NCBI GenBank assembly: GCA_947627935.1
Contig: CANQXY010000005.1
Location: 179 to 64,178, forward strand
Length of the DNA: 64,000 bases
Direction: 5' to 3'
Origin: an uncultured Clostridia bacterium
GTDB taxonomy: Bacteria; Bacillota; Clostridia; TANB77; CAG-508
Positions 37,529-47,625 of this stretch are shown piece by piece. A model generated the notes under the pieces. It saw only the letters and a program-made list of their open reading frames with translations, was not told where the DNA came from and searched no databases. The translations under genes and the position numbers were made by a program. How positions within the stretch are numbered: the stretch's first letter is position 1; each line of letters starts with the position of its first letter.

Positions 37529-38530
37529 TTAATATACGTAATTTTGTGGATTATATGCTACTCCATTTACTCTTACTTCTAAATGAAGATGTGGTCCTGT
37601 TGCATTTCCAGTTGAACCTACGGCTCCAATTTTTTGTCCTTGTGATACTTTTTGTCCAACTGATACATTTATTGCACTACAATGTGCATAATATGTTTGT
37701 ACTCCATTACCATGTGCTATAGCAATCATATTACCATATGCACCTTTACGTCCTGCAAATACAACTGTTCCTGATGCTGCTGCCCCTATTGATGTTCCTT
37801 TTGGTGCAGCGATATCAAGTCCTGTATGAGTACCTGCTCTTACACTACTATTAGTTGCAAATCTAGATGATATTCTTCCAGAAATTGGTCTAGCAAGAGC
37901 TACACCTAACTCTATTTTCTTTGATGATATATTTCTTGCAGTAGATACATTTCCTGAATATACACTTTTTGTATTTGTTTTTGATACTGTTACAGTTCTT
38001 ATAGGTTGTATGTATAATTTAGAAATTGCCTCTTCCGCAGATACAAAATCTTTTAATTCAGTTTCATATTTTTCTGATACTGATATAGTAGATACATTAT
38101 AGCTATCTTTTTGTTTTAAACCTTCTACTACTGCCTCTGCATCTTGGAAATTTGATACATAAACTTTTTCTTCTTCGCCATCTAAAATTGCATAATATTT
38201 ATAATATGTTACACCACTATTTTTTACAATATTAAAAATTTCCTCATCGTTAGTTGTAATATTTCTTTTTAGTAAGCAAAGTTTATATTTAGGTAAGTTA
38301 TCAATTTGCACAAAGGCTACATTTTCGCCTTCTCCATTTTTCATATATTCATTTATTCTTGATTGTAACTTACTTTTATTTTCACTATATCCAACTTCTT
38401 GTCCGTCTATAGTCACACTATAAATAGGCTTGTATACAAAAGATACTGCACCTATTATTAAAAATGCCCCTATAAGTACGAGTACTATAAATTTTACAGA
38501 TGTTCTTAAATGGATTAACATCTTTTTCAT
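37529..38530 (-). CDS. M23 family metallopeptidase (membrane-anchored peptidoglycan endopeptidase)
   Basis: 333 aa with an N-terminal TM. The LytM catalytic motifs HTGLDIAAP and GPHLHLEVR are present. Confidence 0.88.
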   Translation of the reverse strand: MKKMLIHLRTSVKFIVLVLIGAFLIIGAVSFVYKPIYSVTIDGQEVGYSENKSKLQSRINEYMKNGEGENVAFVQIDNLPKYKLCLLKRNITTNDEEIFNIVKNSGVTYYKYYAILDGEEEKVYVSNFQDAEAVVEGLKQKDSYNVSTISVSEKYETELKDFVSAEEAISKLYIQPIRTVTVSKTNTKSVYSGNVSTARNISSKKIELGVALARPISGRISSRFATNSSVRAGTHTGLDIAAPKGTSIGAAASGTVVFAGRKGAYGNMIAIAHGNGVQTYYAHCSAINVSVGQKVSQGQKIGAVGSTGNATGPHLHLEVRVNGVAYNPQNYVY

Positions 38531-38683
38531 AATTTAATAATCTCCTTTGTACTTTTGATGCTCATATTTTATAGATAATTTTATAAATTTGCAATTTTGA
38601 TTGACTACCAATTTCCGTATGTTTTTGTCCATTTTTTCGTTTTATCTCTTTTTTTCTCTGTTTTATAAATTTATAATTAAACA

Positions 38684-38715
38684 ATAAAAGTAACGATTTT
38701 TATCGTTACTTTTAT
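38684..38715 (-). terminator. Intrinsic terminator after the cotF-like gene
   Basis: ATAAAAGTAACGA-ttttta-TCGTTACTTTTAT, overlapping the stop codon. Confidence 0.7.
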
Positions 38716-38957
38716 TGTTGTAATTCACTTTTTACTGTATTTATCTCAGTTACAGTTGCTTTTTGTGCAGGCTTATAATAACCTTTCGTTTGTGCTACTT
38801 TAAATAATTCATATTGAAAGCTTTCACTATTATTTCTTATTTGTTGTATTGTTTGTCTAAGTTGCATATTTTCTGTTTCTGCTATAACTCCTTGAAAAGT
38901 TGTAAGTTCAGCCTTAGTTCCTTCTAAAATATCATTAACCATTGTTTTTTCGTCCAT
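38712..38957 (-). CDS. Spore coat protein, CotF-like
   Basis: 81 aa. MVNDILEGTKAELTTFQGVIAETENMQLRQTIQQIRNNSESFQYELFKVAQTKGYY fits the Coat F domain pattern. Confidence 0.75.
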   Translation of the reverse strand: MDEKTMVNDILEGTKAELTTFQGVIAETENMQLRQTIQQIRNNSESFQYELFKVAQTKGYYKPAQKATVTEINTVKSELQQ

Positions 38958-38968
38958 TATTTTCCTCC

Positions 38969-39157
38969 TTAATTATTTAAAAATGACATTAATTTTTGTT
39001 TAGTATTTAGACTATCTTGTGCTGATTTAGTAAAAAGCTGTTTTATTTGCGGATCAACACATTGTGAGGCATAATTATTAAATTTTTGATATGAAGTTTC
39101 TTGTGCTCCAATTAGATGTCTTAAATTTTGTAATTCCACTTGACTTAAATCTGCCAT
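38969..39157 (-). CDS. Small Coat-F-associated spore protein
   Basis: 62 aa counted from the ATG at 39157 (SD AAGGAAGG upstream). The pattern LSQVELQNLRHLIGAQETSYQKFNNYASQCVDPQIKQLF is like the small partners of clostridial cotF genes. Confidence 0.6.
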   Translation of the reverse strand: MADLSQVELQNLRHLIGAQETSYQKFNNYASQCVDPQIKQLFTKSAQDSLNTKQKLMSFLNN

Positions 39158-39268
39158 ATTTATCCTTCCTTTCAAAATATATTATAAATATTATTTACAA
39201 TATATTTTAAAGTATTCATCTTTTGACTTTTTACGTAATTTTTGTTATAATTAATAGAGGTGATTATT

Positions 39269-39844
39269 ATGAAAAATTATAATATACCTAACCAACTTTA
39301 TACAATGCAAACTGATAATAAACAAATTTCAATTTTTCCTTTACTCAATAAGGATAACTCATTATCACAAGAGCCTATATATGACGCTTATGGTAATTTT
39401 ATAAAATATTTATCAAACTTTAGATATATTGAAAATAATAATGAAACTAACCAATTTAAATCATTTAATATTTTAGTTGATTTAGATATAAATTTATATA
39501 ATAATGATATTAATTATAGAAATGCTATATATTCAAAACTTTTATCATATAATAGAATTGATAAAATATATAACGAATACCACAATTACGCCGGAGGGCT
39601 AAGTTTTAATCCAGCAACTAATAAATATGAAAAATATGTAGACAAAAGAATTCTAGATAGTTTAAATTATAAACAAAAACTTAAAAATCAAGACAGATTA
39701 TCCTCATTTCAAAATAAAAGACGAGATTTCTTAAGTAGAGTACAATCTTATGGGGTACATATAAAAACAGATCATGCTCAAAAATTAACTCCAGAAATGT
39801 ATAAAGAAATGTATGGAAAAAGTTTATATCAAGATGAAAGATAA
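39269..39844 (+). CDS. Hypothetical Asn/Tyr-rich protein (191 aa)
   Basis: ATG at 39269 follows SD AGAGGTGA. I recognise no family. It is divergent from the coat-protein pair. Confidence 0.55.
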   Translation: MKNYNIPNQLYTMQTDNKQISIFPLLNKDNSLSQEPIYDAYGNFIKYLSNFRYIENNNETNQFKSFNILVDLDINLYNNDINYRNAIYSKLLSYNRIDKIYNEYHNYAGGLSFNPATNKYEKYVDKRILDSLNYKQKLKNQDRLSSFQNKRRDFLSRVQSYGVHIKTDHAQKLTPEMYKEMYGKSLYQDER

Positions 39845-39860
39845 TTTATTAATTACTATA

Positions 39861-39886
39861 AAAAATGGACCTATCGGTCCATTTTT
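39861..39886. terminator. Bidirectional terminator
   Basis: AAAAATGGACC-tatc-GGTCCATTTTT. Confidence 0.8.
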
Positions 39887-42155
39887 ATATTATCTCTAAA
39901 TTAGCATATTTTGCCATTAATCTCTTATTTCCAACTTTATCGAAACTTATATCAACTTTTAAGTCGTCTCCCTCTTCTTCTACTGACATAATAGTTCCTT
40001 CTCCAAACTTTTTATGAAAAATTCTTACTCCTGCTTTATATTTTGATAAATCAACATTATCATTACTTGATTTTTTGCTAAGCGAATTTAGGAAGCTTTC
40101 TGCTGTTTTAAATACAAATCCACTGTTATTTTTAACTTCTTTTGTATTATTATCTTTATACACATTTAATTTTGATTTTCCATATTTCCAATCTATTTGT
40201 GTATCTTCAAAAGTATCATTTTCTTCATTATTATCAATTTGATTTAATATTTCTTCTGGCATTTCTTTTAAAAATCTTGACATCATATTACAACTAGTTG
40301 AGCCAAATATAGTTCTTTGCCTACTACATGTTAAAAATAAATTCTCTTTTGCTCTTGTTATTCCCACATAACATAATCTTCTTTCTTCTTCTAATTCCTT
40401 TTGTTCTGATATTGATTTATATCCAGGAAATATTCCTTCTTCCATTCCAACTAAAAATACTGTAGGAAATTCTAGTCCTTTTGCACTATGAAGTGTCATA
40501 AGCGTTACGGAATCATCTGTTTCTTCTAAATTATCAATATCACTAGATAATGTTATACTTTCTAAAAAATCGCTCAAACTATTTTCAGCAAATTCCTCTT
40601 CAAATTCTATTGCAACTGTTAAAAATTCTTCCAAGTTTTCTATTCTATTTTCCGCTTCAACTGTATTTTCTTCTTCTAATGCTTTTGTGTATCCTGTCTT
40701 TTTTAATATAGTTTTTATTAATTCAGAAATAGTTAAATCATCTTTTTTTACTCTTATTTCTTCTATTACATTAATAAATTCTCTTGAACTTAAATATACT
40801 CTATTTAAGCCATACTTTTCTGCATTTTTTATTATATCATACATAGATATATTATTTTCTTCTGATAATTTTTGTATTTTATCTAGACTTGTTTTTCCAA
40901 TTCCACGTTTTGGCTCATTTATTATTCTTATTAAGCTTAAGTTATCAGAAGTATTTTGTATTAATCTTAAATATGCAATTATATCTTTAATTTCTTTTCT
41001 TTCATAGAATTTTAGTCCACCTACTATTTTATATGGGATATTTTCTCTTCTTAAAATATCCTCTATTGCTCTCGATTGTGTATTCATTCTATATAAAATT
41101 ACAAAATCTGAATATTTATAATATTCTTCTCTTCTTAAATGTTCTATTTGTTCTACAATATATGAAGCTTCATCATATTCATTATCAGCTACATATAATT
41201 TAGGTACATTTCCTGTTTCATTTTCTGTCCATAACTTTTTATCGTATTTAACTTCATTATGCTTTATAACAGAATTTGCTACTTTTAATATATTTCCTGT
41301 ACATCTATAATTTTGCTCTAATTTTATTATTTTTGTTCCTGGAAAATCTTTTTCAAAATTTAATATATTAGAAATATCTGCACCTCTAAATGAGTATATT
41401 CCTTGATCATTATCTCCAACAACTGTTATATTCCCATGTCTAGATGCAAGAAGTGTAATTAGCATAAATTGAGCTTTATTTGTGTCTTGATATTCATCTA
41501 CTAAAACATACTCAAATTTGTTAGAATAATATTCTAATATATCACTATTTTGCATTAATATTTTAATTGTAAAATTTATTATATCATCAAAATCTATTGC
41601 ATTATTATCTTTTAATCTTTTTTGATATAATTCATAAATTGTAGCAATTTTTTCTTTTCTAAAATCTCCTTTTGATTTTTCTATATATTCACTTGGTTCT
41701 TGCATTTCATTTTTAGCATTACTAATTTCTGATAATACTGCTCTATCATTAAATAATTTATCATCTATTTCTAAATCTCTCATACATTGTTTTATTAATG
41801 TTCTTTGGTCTGATTGATCAAATATTATAAAAGATTTATCAAATCCAATCCTATCTATAAATTTTCTTAGAATTCTTACACAAATTGAATGAAATGTACC
41901 CATCCAAATGTCAGATGCAGCTCCTTCAACTAAAGATGCTATTCTTTCTTTCATTTCATTTGCAGCTTTATTTGTAAATGTTATTGCTAATATATTCCAT
42001 GGTTTTACACCTTTTTCTTCTATTAAATATGCTATTTTATGTGTTAATACCTTCGTTTTTCCGCTTCCAGCCCCTGCTATTATCAAACATGGACCATCTG
42101 TGTTTAATACAGCTTCATATTGTTTATCATTTAAATTCTCTAATATTTTTTGCAT
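39885..42155 (-). CDS. pcrA: ATP-dependent DNA helicase PcrA (UvrD/Rep family)
   Basis: 756 aa with AGAGSGKT, VLVDEYQDTN, TLMTLHSAKGLEF and VGITRAKENL motifs, plus a C-terminal Tudor-like tail (VRIFHKKFGEGTI). Confidence 0.93.
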   Translation of the reverse strand: MQKILENLNDKQYEAVLNTDGPCLIIAGAGSGKTKVLTHKIAYLIEEKGVKPWNILAITFTNKAANEMKERIASLVEGAASDIWMGTFHSICVRILRKFIDRIGFDKSFIIFDQSDQRTLIKQCMRDLEIDDKLFNDRAVLSEISNAKNEMQEPSEYIEKSKGDFRKEKIATIYELYQKRLKDNNAIDFDDIINFTIKILMQNSDILEYYSNKFEYVLVDEYQDTNKAQFMLITLLASRHGNITVVGDNDQGIYSFRGADISNILNFEKDFPGTKIIKLEQNYRCTGNILKVANSVIKHNEVKYDKKLWTENETGNVPKLYVADNEYDEASYIVEQIEHLRREEYYKYSDFVILYRMNTQSRAIEDILRRENIPYKIVGGLKFYERKEIKDIIAYLRLIQNTSDNLSLIRIINEPKRGIGKTSLDKIQKLSEENNISMYDIIKNAEKYGLNRVYLSSREFINVIEEIRVKKDDLTISELIKTILKKTGYTKALEEENTVEAENRIENLEEFLTVAIEFEEEFAENSLSDFLESITLSSDIDNLEETDDSVTLMTLHSAKGLEFPTVFLVGMEEGIFPGYKSISEQKELEEERRLCYVGITRAKENLFLTCSRQRTIFGSTSCNMMSRFLKEMPEEILNQIDNNEENDTFEDTQIDWKYGKSKLNVYKDNNTKEVKNNSGFVFKTAESFLNSLSKKSSNDNVDLSKYKAGVRIFHKKFGEGTIMSVEEEGDDLKVDISFDKVGNKRLMAKYANLEII

Positions 42156-42251
42156 TTACTTTCCATCCTTAATCTATTTTTATATAAGTAGTATAATTTT
42201 TTTAATATTTATTGTCAATATTTTTTACAAACATTTTTTTGTATGTTTTTA

Positions 42252-43190
42252 TTAATTTCCTATTGCTTTTAGTATAGTCTTTCCTGATGCCTGTTCTCCA
42301 CGAATTCTCCCTAAATTAGTTAAATCAAGATCTGAACTTTTATTTACTGTACCATATCTAGTTTGTACTTGAATTTCAAATCCAGCTTCTTTTAGATATT
42401 TTTTAGATGCTTTTGAGCTTGCTCCCGCAGGATATGCCATTATTTTTTGTACTTTATCTCCTAAAACTTCTTCAATTTTATTATGAGTACGATTGTAATC
42501 TGAAATTAAAGTTTCTTTACTAACATTAGAATAGTCAATGTGCTTTCTTCCATGTACATGTATTTTTACTAACCCCGTATCATACATTTCTTTAGCTTCA
42601 TCCCATGTAAAATATTGGCTTGTTCCAACTAATTCTTCTACTATAAATATTGTTGCTGGAACTTTATATTTTTTTAGTACTTCAAATGCTTCTGTATAAC
42701 ATCCCTTCCATCCATCATCCATAGTTATAATTATATTTTTCTCTGGTAAAGAAATTTTACCATTTTTATATTTATATAAATCTTCTAATGTTATGAAAGT
42801 ATATCCATTATCTAATAGTGTTTTTACATTTTCTTCAAATCTTTCCTGTGTACTAAATAATTTATAAATATCATTTTCAGGTACTGGAGTTTGGAAAGCA
42901 TGATAAATAAGTATTGGTATTTTAATATCTTTTTCTCCAATTTTATAAGTTTTTACATCAATATTTCCAAAAGAAGGTTCATTTTCTTTTAAATGATTTA
43001 AATCTGTTTTTTCTTCTATATTATTTTCCTCAATTTTAACAATATTAGTATTTGAAATCTCTTTTGTTTCTTCTTTATCCTTCTTCGTAAATAAATATAT
43101 TAATACAAATATTAAAATCATAATAATTAATATTAATATACTTATTGATTTAATAAATTTTCTTTTATTTACTATTCTCATTATAATCAT
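42252..43190 (-). CDS. Polysaccharide deacetylase family protein (NodB domain), membrane-anchored
   Basis: 312 aa with an N-terminal TM. NodB motifs are ITMDDGW, ATIFIV and HVHGRKH. It overlaps the upstream gene by 26 nt. Confidence 0.82.
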   Translation of the reverse strand: MIIMRIVNKRKFIKSISILILIIMILIFVLIYLFTKKDKEETKEISNTNIVKIEENNIEEKTDLNHLKENEPSFGNIDVKTYKIGEKDIKIPILIYHAFQTPVPENDIYKLFSTQERFEENVKTLLDNGYTFITLEDLYKYKNGKISLPEKNIIITMDDGWKGCYTEAFEVLKKYKVPATIFIVEELVGTSQYFTWDEAKEMYDTGLVKIHVHGRKHIDYSNVSKETLISDYNRTHNKIEEVLGDKVQKIMAYPAGASSKASKKYLKEAGFEIQVQTRYGTVNKSSDLDLTNLGRIRGEQASGKTILKAIGN

Positions 43191-43650
43191 CCTTTAGTTT
43201 TTTTAATAATAATTCTAGACATTCGTCTATTTCTGCTGCACAATATCTATATGTCTCTACATCATATCCCCAAGGATCTTTTATATTTAATTTATCATGA
43301 TATTGCTTATCATAATTTACATATTCTTTTAAAGTATATACCTTGTCCAATAATTTTGGATATAAATCTAATACTGCTATTTTATGAGAATTAGTAGCAC
43401 ATAATATTAAATCCATTTGGTCTATATTAGAATTTTTTATATTTGTTGCTTTATGTTCTTTTATATTTATACCATATTCATTCATAACTTCTATTGCATT
43501 ATATGTAGCTCTATCACCATTTTCTGCATATATTCCACATGAATAAACTTCTATTCCTTTTATATTATTTTGTTTTATTTTACTTTCAAACATTACATGT
43601 GCCATTGCACTTCTACATATATTACCTGTACATATAAACATTATTTTCAT
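43165..43650 (-). CDS. ywlE: Low-molecular-weight protein arginine/tyrosine phosphatase (YwlE-like)
   Basis: 161 aa with the P-loop FICTGNICRSAMA and a DP motif (IKDPWG). Confidence 0.85.
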   Translation of the reverse strand: MKIMFICTGNICRSAMAHVMFESKIKQNNIKGIEVYSCGIYAENGDRATYNAIEVMNEYGINIKEHKATNIKNSNIDQMDLILCATNSHKIAVLDLYPKLLDKVYTLKEYVNYDKQYHDKLNIKDPWGYDVETYRYCAAEIDECLELLLKKLKDDYNENSK

Positions 43651-43713
43651 ATATAATACTCCTTACATTAAAGTATTATAACACAATCTTTAAGATTTAT
43701 ATATATTTTTTAT

Positions 43714-44466
43714 CTAAATTTGTGTAGCAAAAATTCCTATAATAAATCCCATCATATTGCCTATGGCCGTAGTTTTTCCATTGTATAATTTATTTGATTC
43801 AGGTATTAATTCTCCAGATACTATATAAAGCATTGCTCCTGCTGCAAAACTTAAACACATAGATATTACTTGCTCTGATATTGAGCCTACTATAGCTCCA
43901 AAAAATGCCCCTATTCCTGTTGTAACTCCTGATAGTATTACATAGAAAACTATTTTTACTGGGTTCATCCCTCCATTTTTCATAGGAACTGCCATTGATA
44001 TTCCCTCTGGAACATCATGTAAACAAATTGCTATTGCTAAACTTAATCCAAGTTTCATTGAAGCCTCTAAACCTGATCCTATAGCTAATCCTTCAGGAAA
44101 ATTATGTATTGCTAAACCTAAACTTACAATTATACCTGTTTTTAATAGACTATTTTTATTTCCTTCAAATCTCACTGATTTATTAAATTTTTTATCTACT
44201 AATATATCACAAAATATCATCATAATTATTCCTATAATTAATCCTAAAAAAATATTAGATATATTGCTTATCCCTAGAGCTTCAGGTATTAAATCAAAAC
44301 ATATTATAGACATCATTAAACCTGATGCAAATGATAAAATAAAACTTAAAAATTTATTAGAATTTTTCTTTATTATTACTCCTAATATTCCTCCTAAAGT
44401 AGTTCCAAATGTTCCAAAAAATAAACCTATTAATGTAGTTTTTAATATTTCACTCATAAAAAACAC
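43714..44466 (-). CDS. ZIP family metal transporter (ZupT-like)
   Basis: 250 aa polytopic protein with HNFPEGLAIG and HDVPEG motifs. Confidence 0.85.
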   Translation of the reverse strand: MFFMSEILKTTLIGLFFGTFGTTLGGILGVIIKKNSNKFLSFILSFASGLMMSIICFDLIPEALGISNISNIFLGLIIGIIMMIFCDILVDKKFNKSVRFEGNKNSLLKTGIIVSLGLAIHNFPEGLAIGSGLEASMKLGLSLAIAICLHDVPEGISMAVPMKNGGMNPVKIVFYVILSGVTTGIGAFFGAIVGSISEQVISMCLSFAAGAMLYIVSGELIPESNKLYNGKTTAIGNMMGFIIGIFATQI

Positions 44467-44522
44467 CCTTTAAATAATCTTTATAATAGTTTATTTAAAG
44501 AGTGTTATTTTTATTCTTAAAT

Positions 44523-45584
44523 TTATTCCTCATTACCTTTTAGTTTTTCTGCTCTATCAGCTGCAATTAAATTATCTATCATTTCATCAATATCTCCATT
44601 TAGGAAATTTTCCATTTGGAATATACTCATTCCTATTCTATGATCTGTAATTCTTCCTTGAGGATAATTATATGTACGTATTTTTTCACTTCTATCTCCT
44701 GAACCTACTTGACTTTTTCTAGCATTTGCAACTTCGCTATCTTGTTTTTCTTTTTCAATTTCATATAACTTAGTTCTAAGCATTCTCATAGCATTATCTT
44801 TGTTTTGGAATTGAGATCTTTCTGTTTGACATTCTACAACTATTCCTGTTGGTTCGTGTATTAATCTTACGGCAGATGATGTTTTATTAATATGTTGTCC
44901 TCCTGCTCCTGATGCCCTATATACTTCCATTTTTATATCTGATGGATTTATATCTATTTCTACATCTTCTACAACTGGTAAAACTGCTACTGTTGCTGTA
45001 GAAGTATGTATTCTTCCACTACTTTCAGTATCAGGTACCCTTTGTACTCTATGAACTCCACTTTCAAATTTTAATCTGCCATATGCTGATTTTCCAGTTA
45101 TCATAAATGAAATTTCTTTATATCCACCTAAACCTGTCTCATTTTCATTTAATATTTCTAATTTCCAATGTTTTTTTTCTGCATACATTGTATACATTCT
45201 AAATAGTGTTCCTGCAAATAAAGCAGCTTCTTCTCCTCCTGCACCTGCACGAATTTCACAAATAATATCTTTATCATCGTCTGGATCTTTTGGTATTAAT
45301 AATATTTTTAATTCTTCCTCTAATTTTGGTAGTAGTTCTTTTGAGTCATAATATTCTGCTTCTGCAAGTTCTTTCATCTCTGGATCTTGCATTAATTCTT
45401 CTGCATCTTCCATTGCTTTTTTGGTCTTTTTATATTCTCTAAATTTTAATACTATATCCTCAATATTTGCATGTTCTTTCATCAATTTTTGCCACTCAGA
45501 CTGGTTAGCAATTATTTCTGGATCACTAATTAATTTAGTCAATTCCTCATATCTTTTTTCTACTGTCTCTAATTTATCAAACAT
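44523..45584 (-). CDS. prfA: Peptide chain release factor 1
   Basis: 353 aa with the GGQ motif ([11 protein letters not shown]) and [18 protein letters not shown] (RF1 PxT-type region). Confidence 0.96.
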   Translation of the reverse strand: MFDKLETVEKRYEELTKLISDPEIIANQSEWQKLMKEHANIEDIVLKFREYKKTKKAMEDAEELMQDPEMKELAEAEYYDSKELLPKLEEELKILLIPKDPDDDKDIICEIRAGAGGEEAALFAGTLFRMYTMYAEKKHWKLEILNENETGLGGYKEISFMITGKSAYGRLKFESGVHRVQRVPDTESSGRIHTSTATVAVLPVVEDVEIDINPSDIKMEVYRASGAGGQHINKTSSAVRLIHEPTGIVVECQTERSQFQNKDNAMRMLRTKLYEIEKEKQDSEVANARKSQVGSGDRSEKIRTYNYPQGRITDHRIGMSIFQMENFLNGDIDEMIDNLIAADRAEKLKGNEE

Positions 45585-45674
45585 AAATATTCTCCTTTAC
45601 TTTCAAGCTTTAAAAATTATACTATATTTTTTTTACTTTTACAAGTAATTAGTTGTATTTTATATTAAACTTAA

Positions 45675-45707
45675 AAGAAGTTAAATGTTACTACATTTTA
45701 ACTTCTT
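45675..45707 (-). terminator. Hairpin after the yhaN-like gene
   Basis: AAGAAGTTAAA-11 nt-TTTAACTTCTT. The trailing U-tract on the minus strand is only moderate. Confidence 0.45.
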
Positions 45708-45712
45708 AAAAA

Positions 45713-47623
45713 TTATAAACTTATATAATTATATGGTACTTTTGATTCTTCTAATATATTTTTTTCTCTATCTGTACAAGTAAATATTATTATTTGTCTA
45801 TCTTTAAACTTATTATTTATATACTCTAATGTACTTTTTAGTCTTTCTGTATCATAAAATGCAAAAACTTCATCTAAAAATATTGGTATATTTTCTTGTG
45901 ATATTTCTTCTATTATCGCAAATCTTAATGCTAAATATATTTGTTCAATAGTACCTATACTTAATCTTTCTGCCAAAATATATTTACCATTATCTAGTTC
46001 TACGATTAATCCATCTTCGTCATTAAACAAAATATTATTATATTTACCATCTGTAATTTCAGAAATATTTTTAGATATTTTTTCTATAAACTTAGGATTA
46101 ACATTGTTTTTCATAGCATTATAAGAACTTTCAAGTACTTCCTTTGCTATTTCCATACTCCTATTTATCTTGTTTATGTTTACTAATTGTTCTTCTAGCA
46201 TAATCTTTTCTTCTTCAAGTTCCGTAGCCTCTGTAAGTTTTAAATCTATGTTTTTAGAATCAATATTCATTGTCTCTATTTTTATTTTATCTTCATTTAT
46301 TTCATTTTCTAATTTTTCAATTTCATTTTCTAAATTTTTATTATTTATTAATTTATCTAATTCAATTTCGTCTATTTTATTTTTATATTTATTTTTTATT
46401 TTTTCTTTTTCTAAATTATTTTTTAAATTTATTTCATTTTTATTTTTTTCTATTTCATCTTTAATTTCATTTTTATTTTTTTCTATAATTTTTATTTCAT
46501 TATTTAATTCATTTATTTTATTATTTATTTTTTCTTTTTCTAATAAATTATTATTTTTTATTTTTATTTTTTTATAAAAATAATAAAAAATTAAAATGTT
46601 TGTGGCTGTAAGAAGAAAAATATAATTAAATATTTTATTTTTTATTAAAACAAATTGTAAAATATTAATTAAAATAATTATTATTAAATAAATAATTATT
46701 TTTTTATTTATTTTATTTTTATTTTCTTCATTTATAAAATTATTTTTTCCTTTTTTTATTTTTTCTATTTCTTCATAAATATTTTTTATTTTATTTTCAT
46801 CATTTATTATAATATTATTTTTTATTTTTATTTTTTCATTTTCGATATTTTGATTATCATTTAATAATTTTATATCTTTTAATATTTCATATTTCCTTTT
46901 ATTATGTATACTTCTTTTTTCAATATCGTTTTTTCTGTAAACTATATTTTCTTTTTCTACTTTTAAACTTTCTAGTTCCTTTTCTTTTTCTTCAATTTCT
47001 TCTATTTTTTTAGGAATAACGTTTATTGGCTTTTCCCTAGTCCTTTGAGACCCTATTTCTTCAATTAGTCTTTTATTTATCTTTTCTATTGCTTTTTTAA
47101 AAGACATATTTTGTTTACCTGTACTAATTGTATTAGATATTTTTTGTATTAATATGTTTTGTGCATTTTTTTCAATTTTAACTTCTTTTTGAATAATAGC
47201 AAAAGTAGATAAAAATGTTTCTTCACTTATATTGGTTTGTTCTTCAAAAAATTCATTTCCTTTATTTTTATCTATATTAAATTTTTTAGATATATCTTCA
47301 TGATTTTCATTATAAATATTTGGATTTTTCTTTTTAAAATCTCTATATATTTCATACTTTTCTCTATTATCTAATTCATATTCTATTTTACCTGAAAACT
47401 CTTCTCCAATCCATGGAATATATTGATCATAATCAGATATGTCTTTCCCTTTTTTATTTTTTGAAATTCCATATAAAGAATTAATTATAAATTTTAATAA
47501 TGTAGATTTTCCACTTTCATTTTTTCCATATACTATATTTATATTATTATCAAAATTAATTTCCTTATCATTCAGTTTTCCAAATCTATTTATTTTTAAT
47601 TTATTTATTTTCAAAAAAACCAC
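45713..47623 (-). CDS. yhaN: YhaN-like SMC/SbcC-type ATPase with central membrane hairpin
   Basis: 636 aa. Walker A is GKNESGKST, the signature-like motif is LSIGTIEQ, and Walker B is IPIFLDEVF. It has long K/E/N coiled coils and two central hydrophobic segments (IIIYLIIIILINILQFVLI, IFLLTATNILIFYYF). Confidence 0.8.
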   Translation of the reverse strand: MVFLKINKLKINRFGKLNDKEINFDNNINIVYGKNESGKSTLLKFIINSLYGISKNKKGKDISDYDQYIPWIGEEFSGKIEYELDNREKYEIYRDFKKKNPNIYNENHEDISKKFNIDKNKGNEFFEEQTNISEETFLSTFAIIQKEVKIEKNAQNILIQKISNTISTGKQNMSFKKAIEKINKRLIEEIGSQRTREKPINVIPKKIEEIEEKEKELESLKVEKENIVYRKNDIEKRSIHNKRKYEILKDIKLLNDNQNIENEKIKIKNNIIINDENKIKNIYEEIEKIKKGKNNFINEENKNKINKKIIIYLIIIILINILQFVLIKNKIFNYIFLLTATNILIFYYFYKKIKIKNNNLLEKEKINNKINELNNEIKIIEKNKNEIKDEIEKNKNEINLKNNLEKEKIKNKYKNKIDEIELDKLINNKNLENEIEKLENEINEDKIKIETMNIDSKNIDLKLTEATELEEEKIMLEEQLVNINKINRSMEIAKEVLESSYNAMKNNVNPKFIEKISKNISEITDGKYNNILFNDEDGLIVELDNGKYILAERLSIGTIEQIYLALRFAIIEEISQENIPIFLDEVFAFYDTERLKSTLEYINNKFKDRQIIIFTCTDREKNILEESKVPYNYISL

Positions 47624-47625
47624 TC

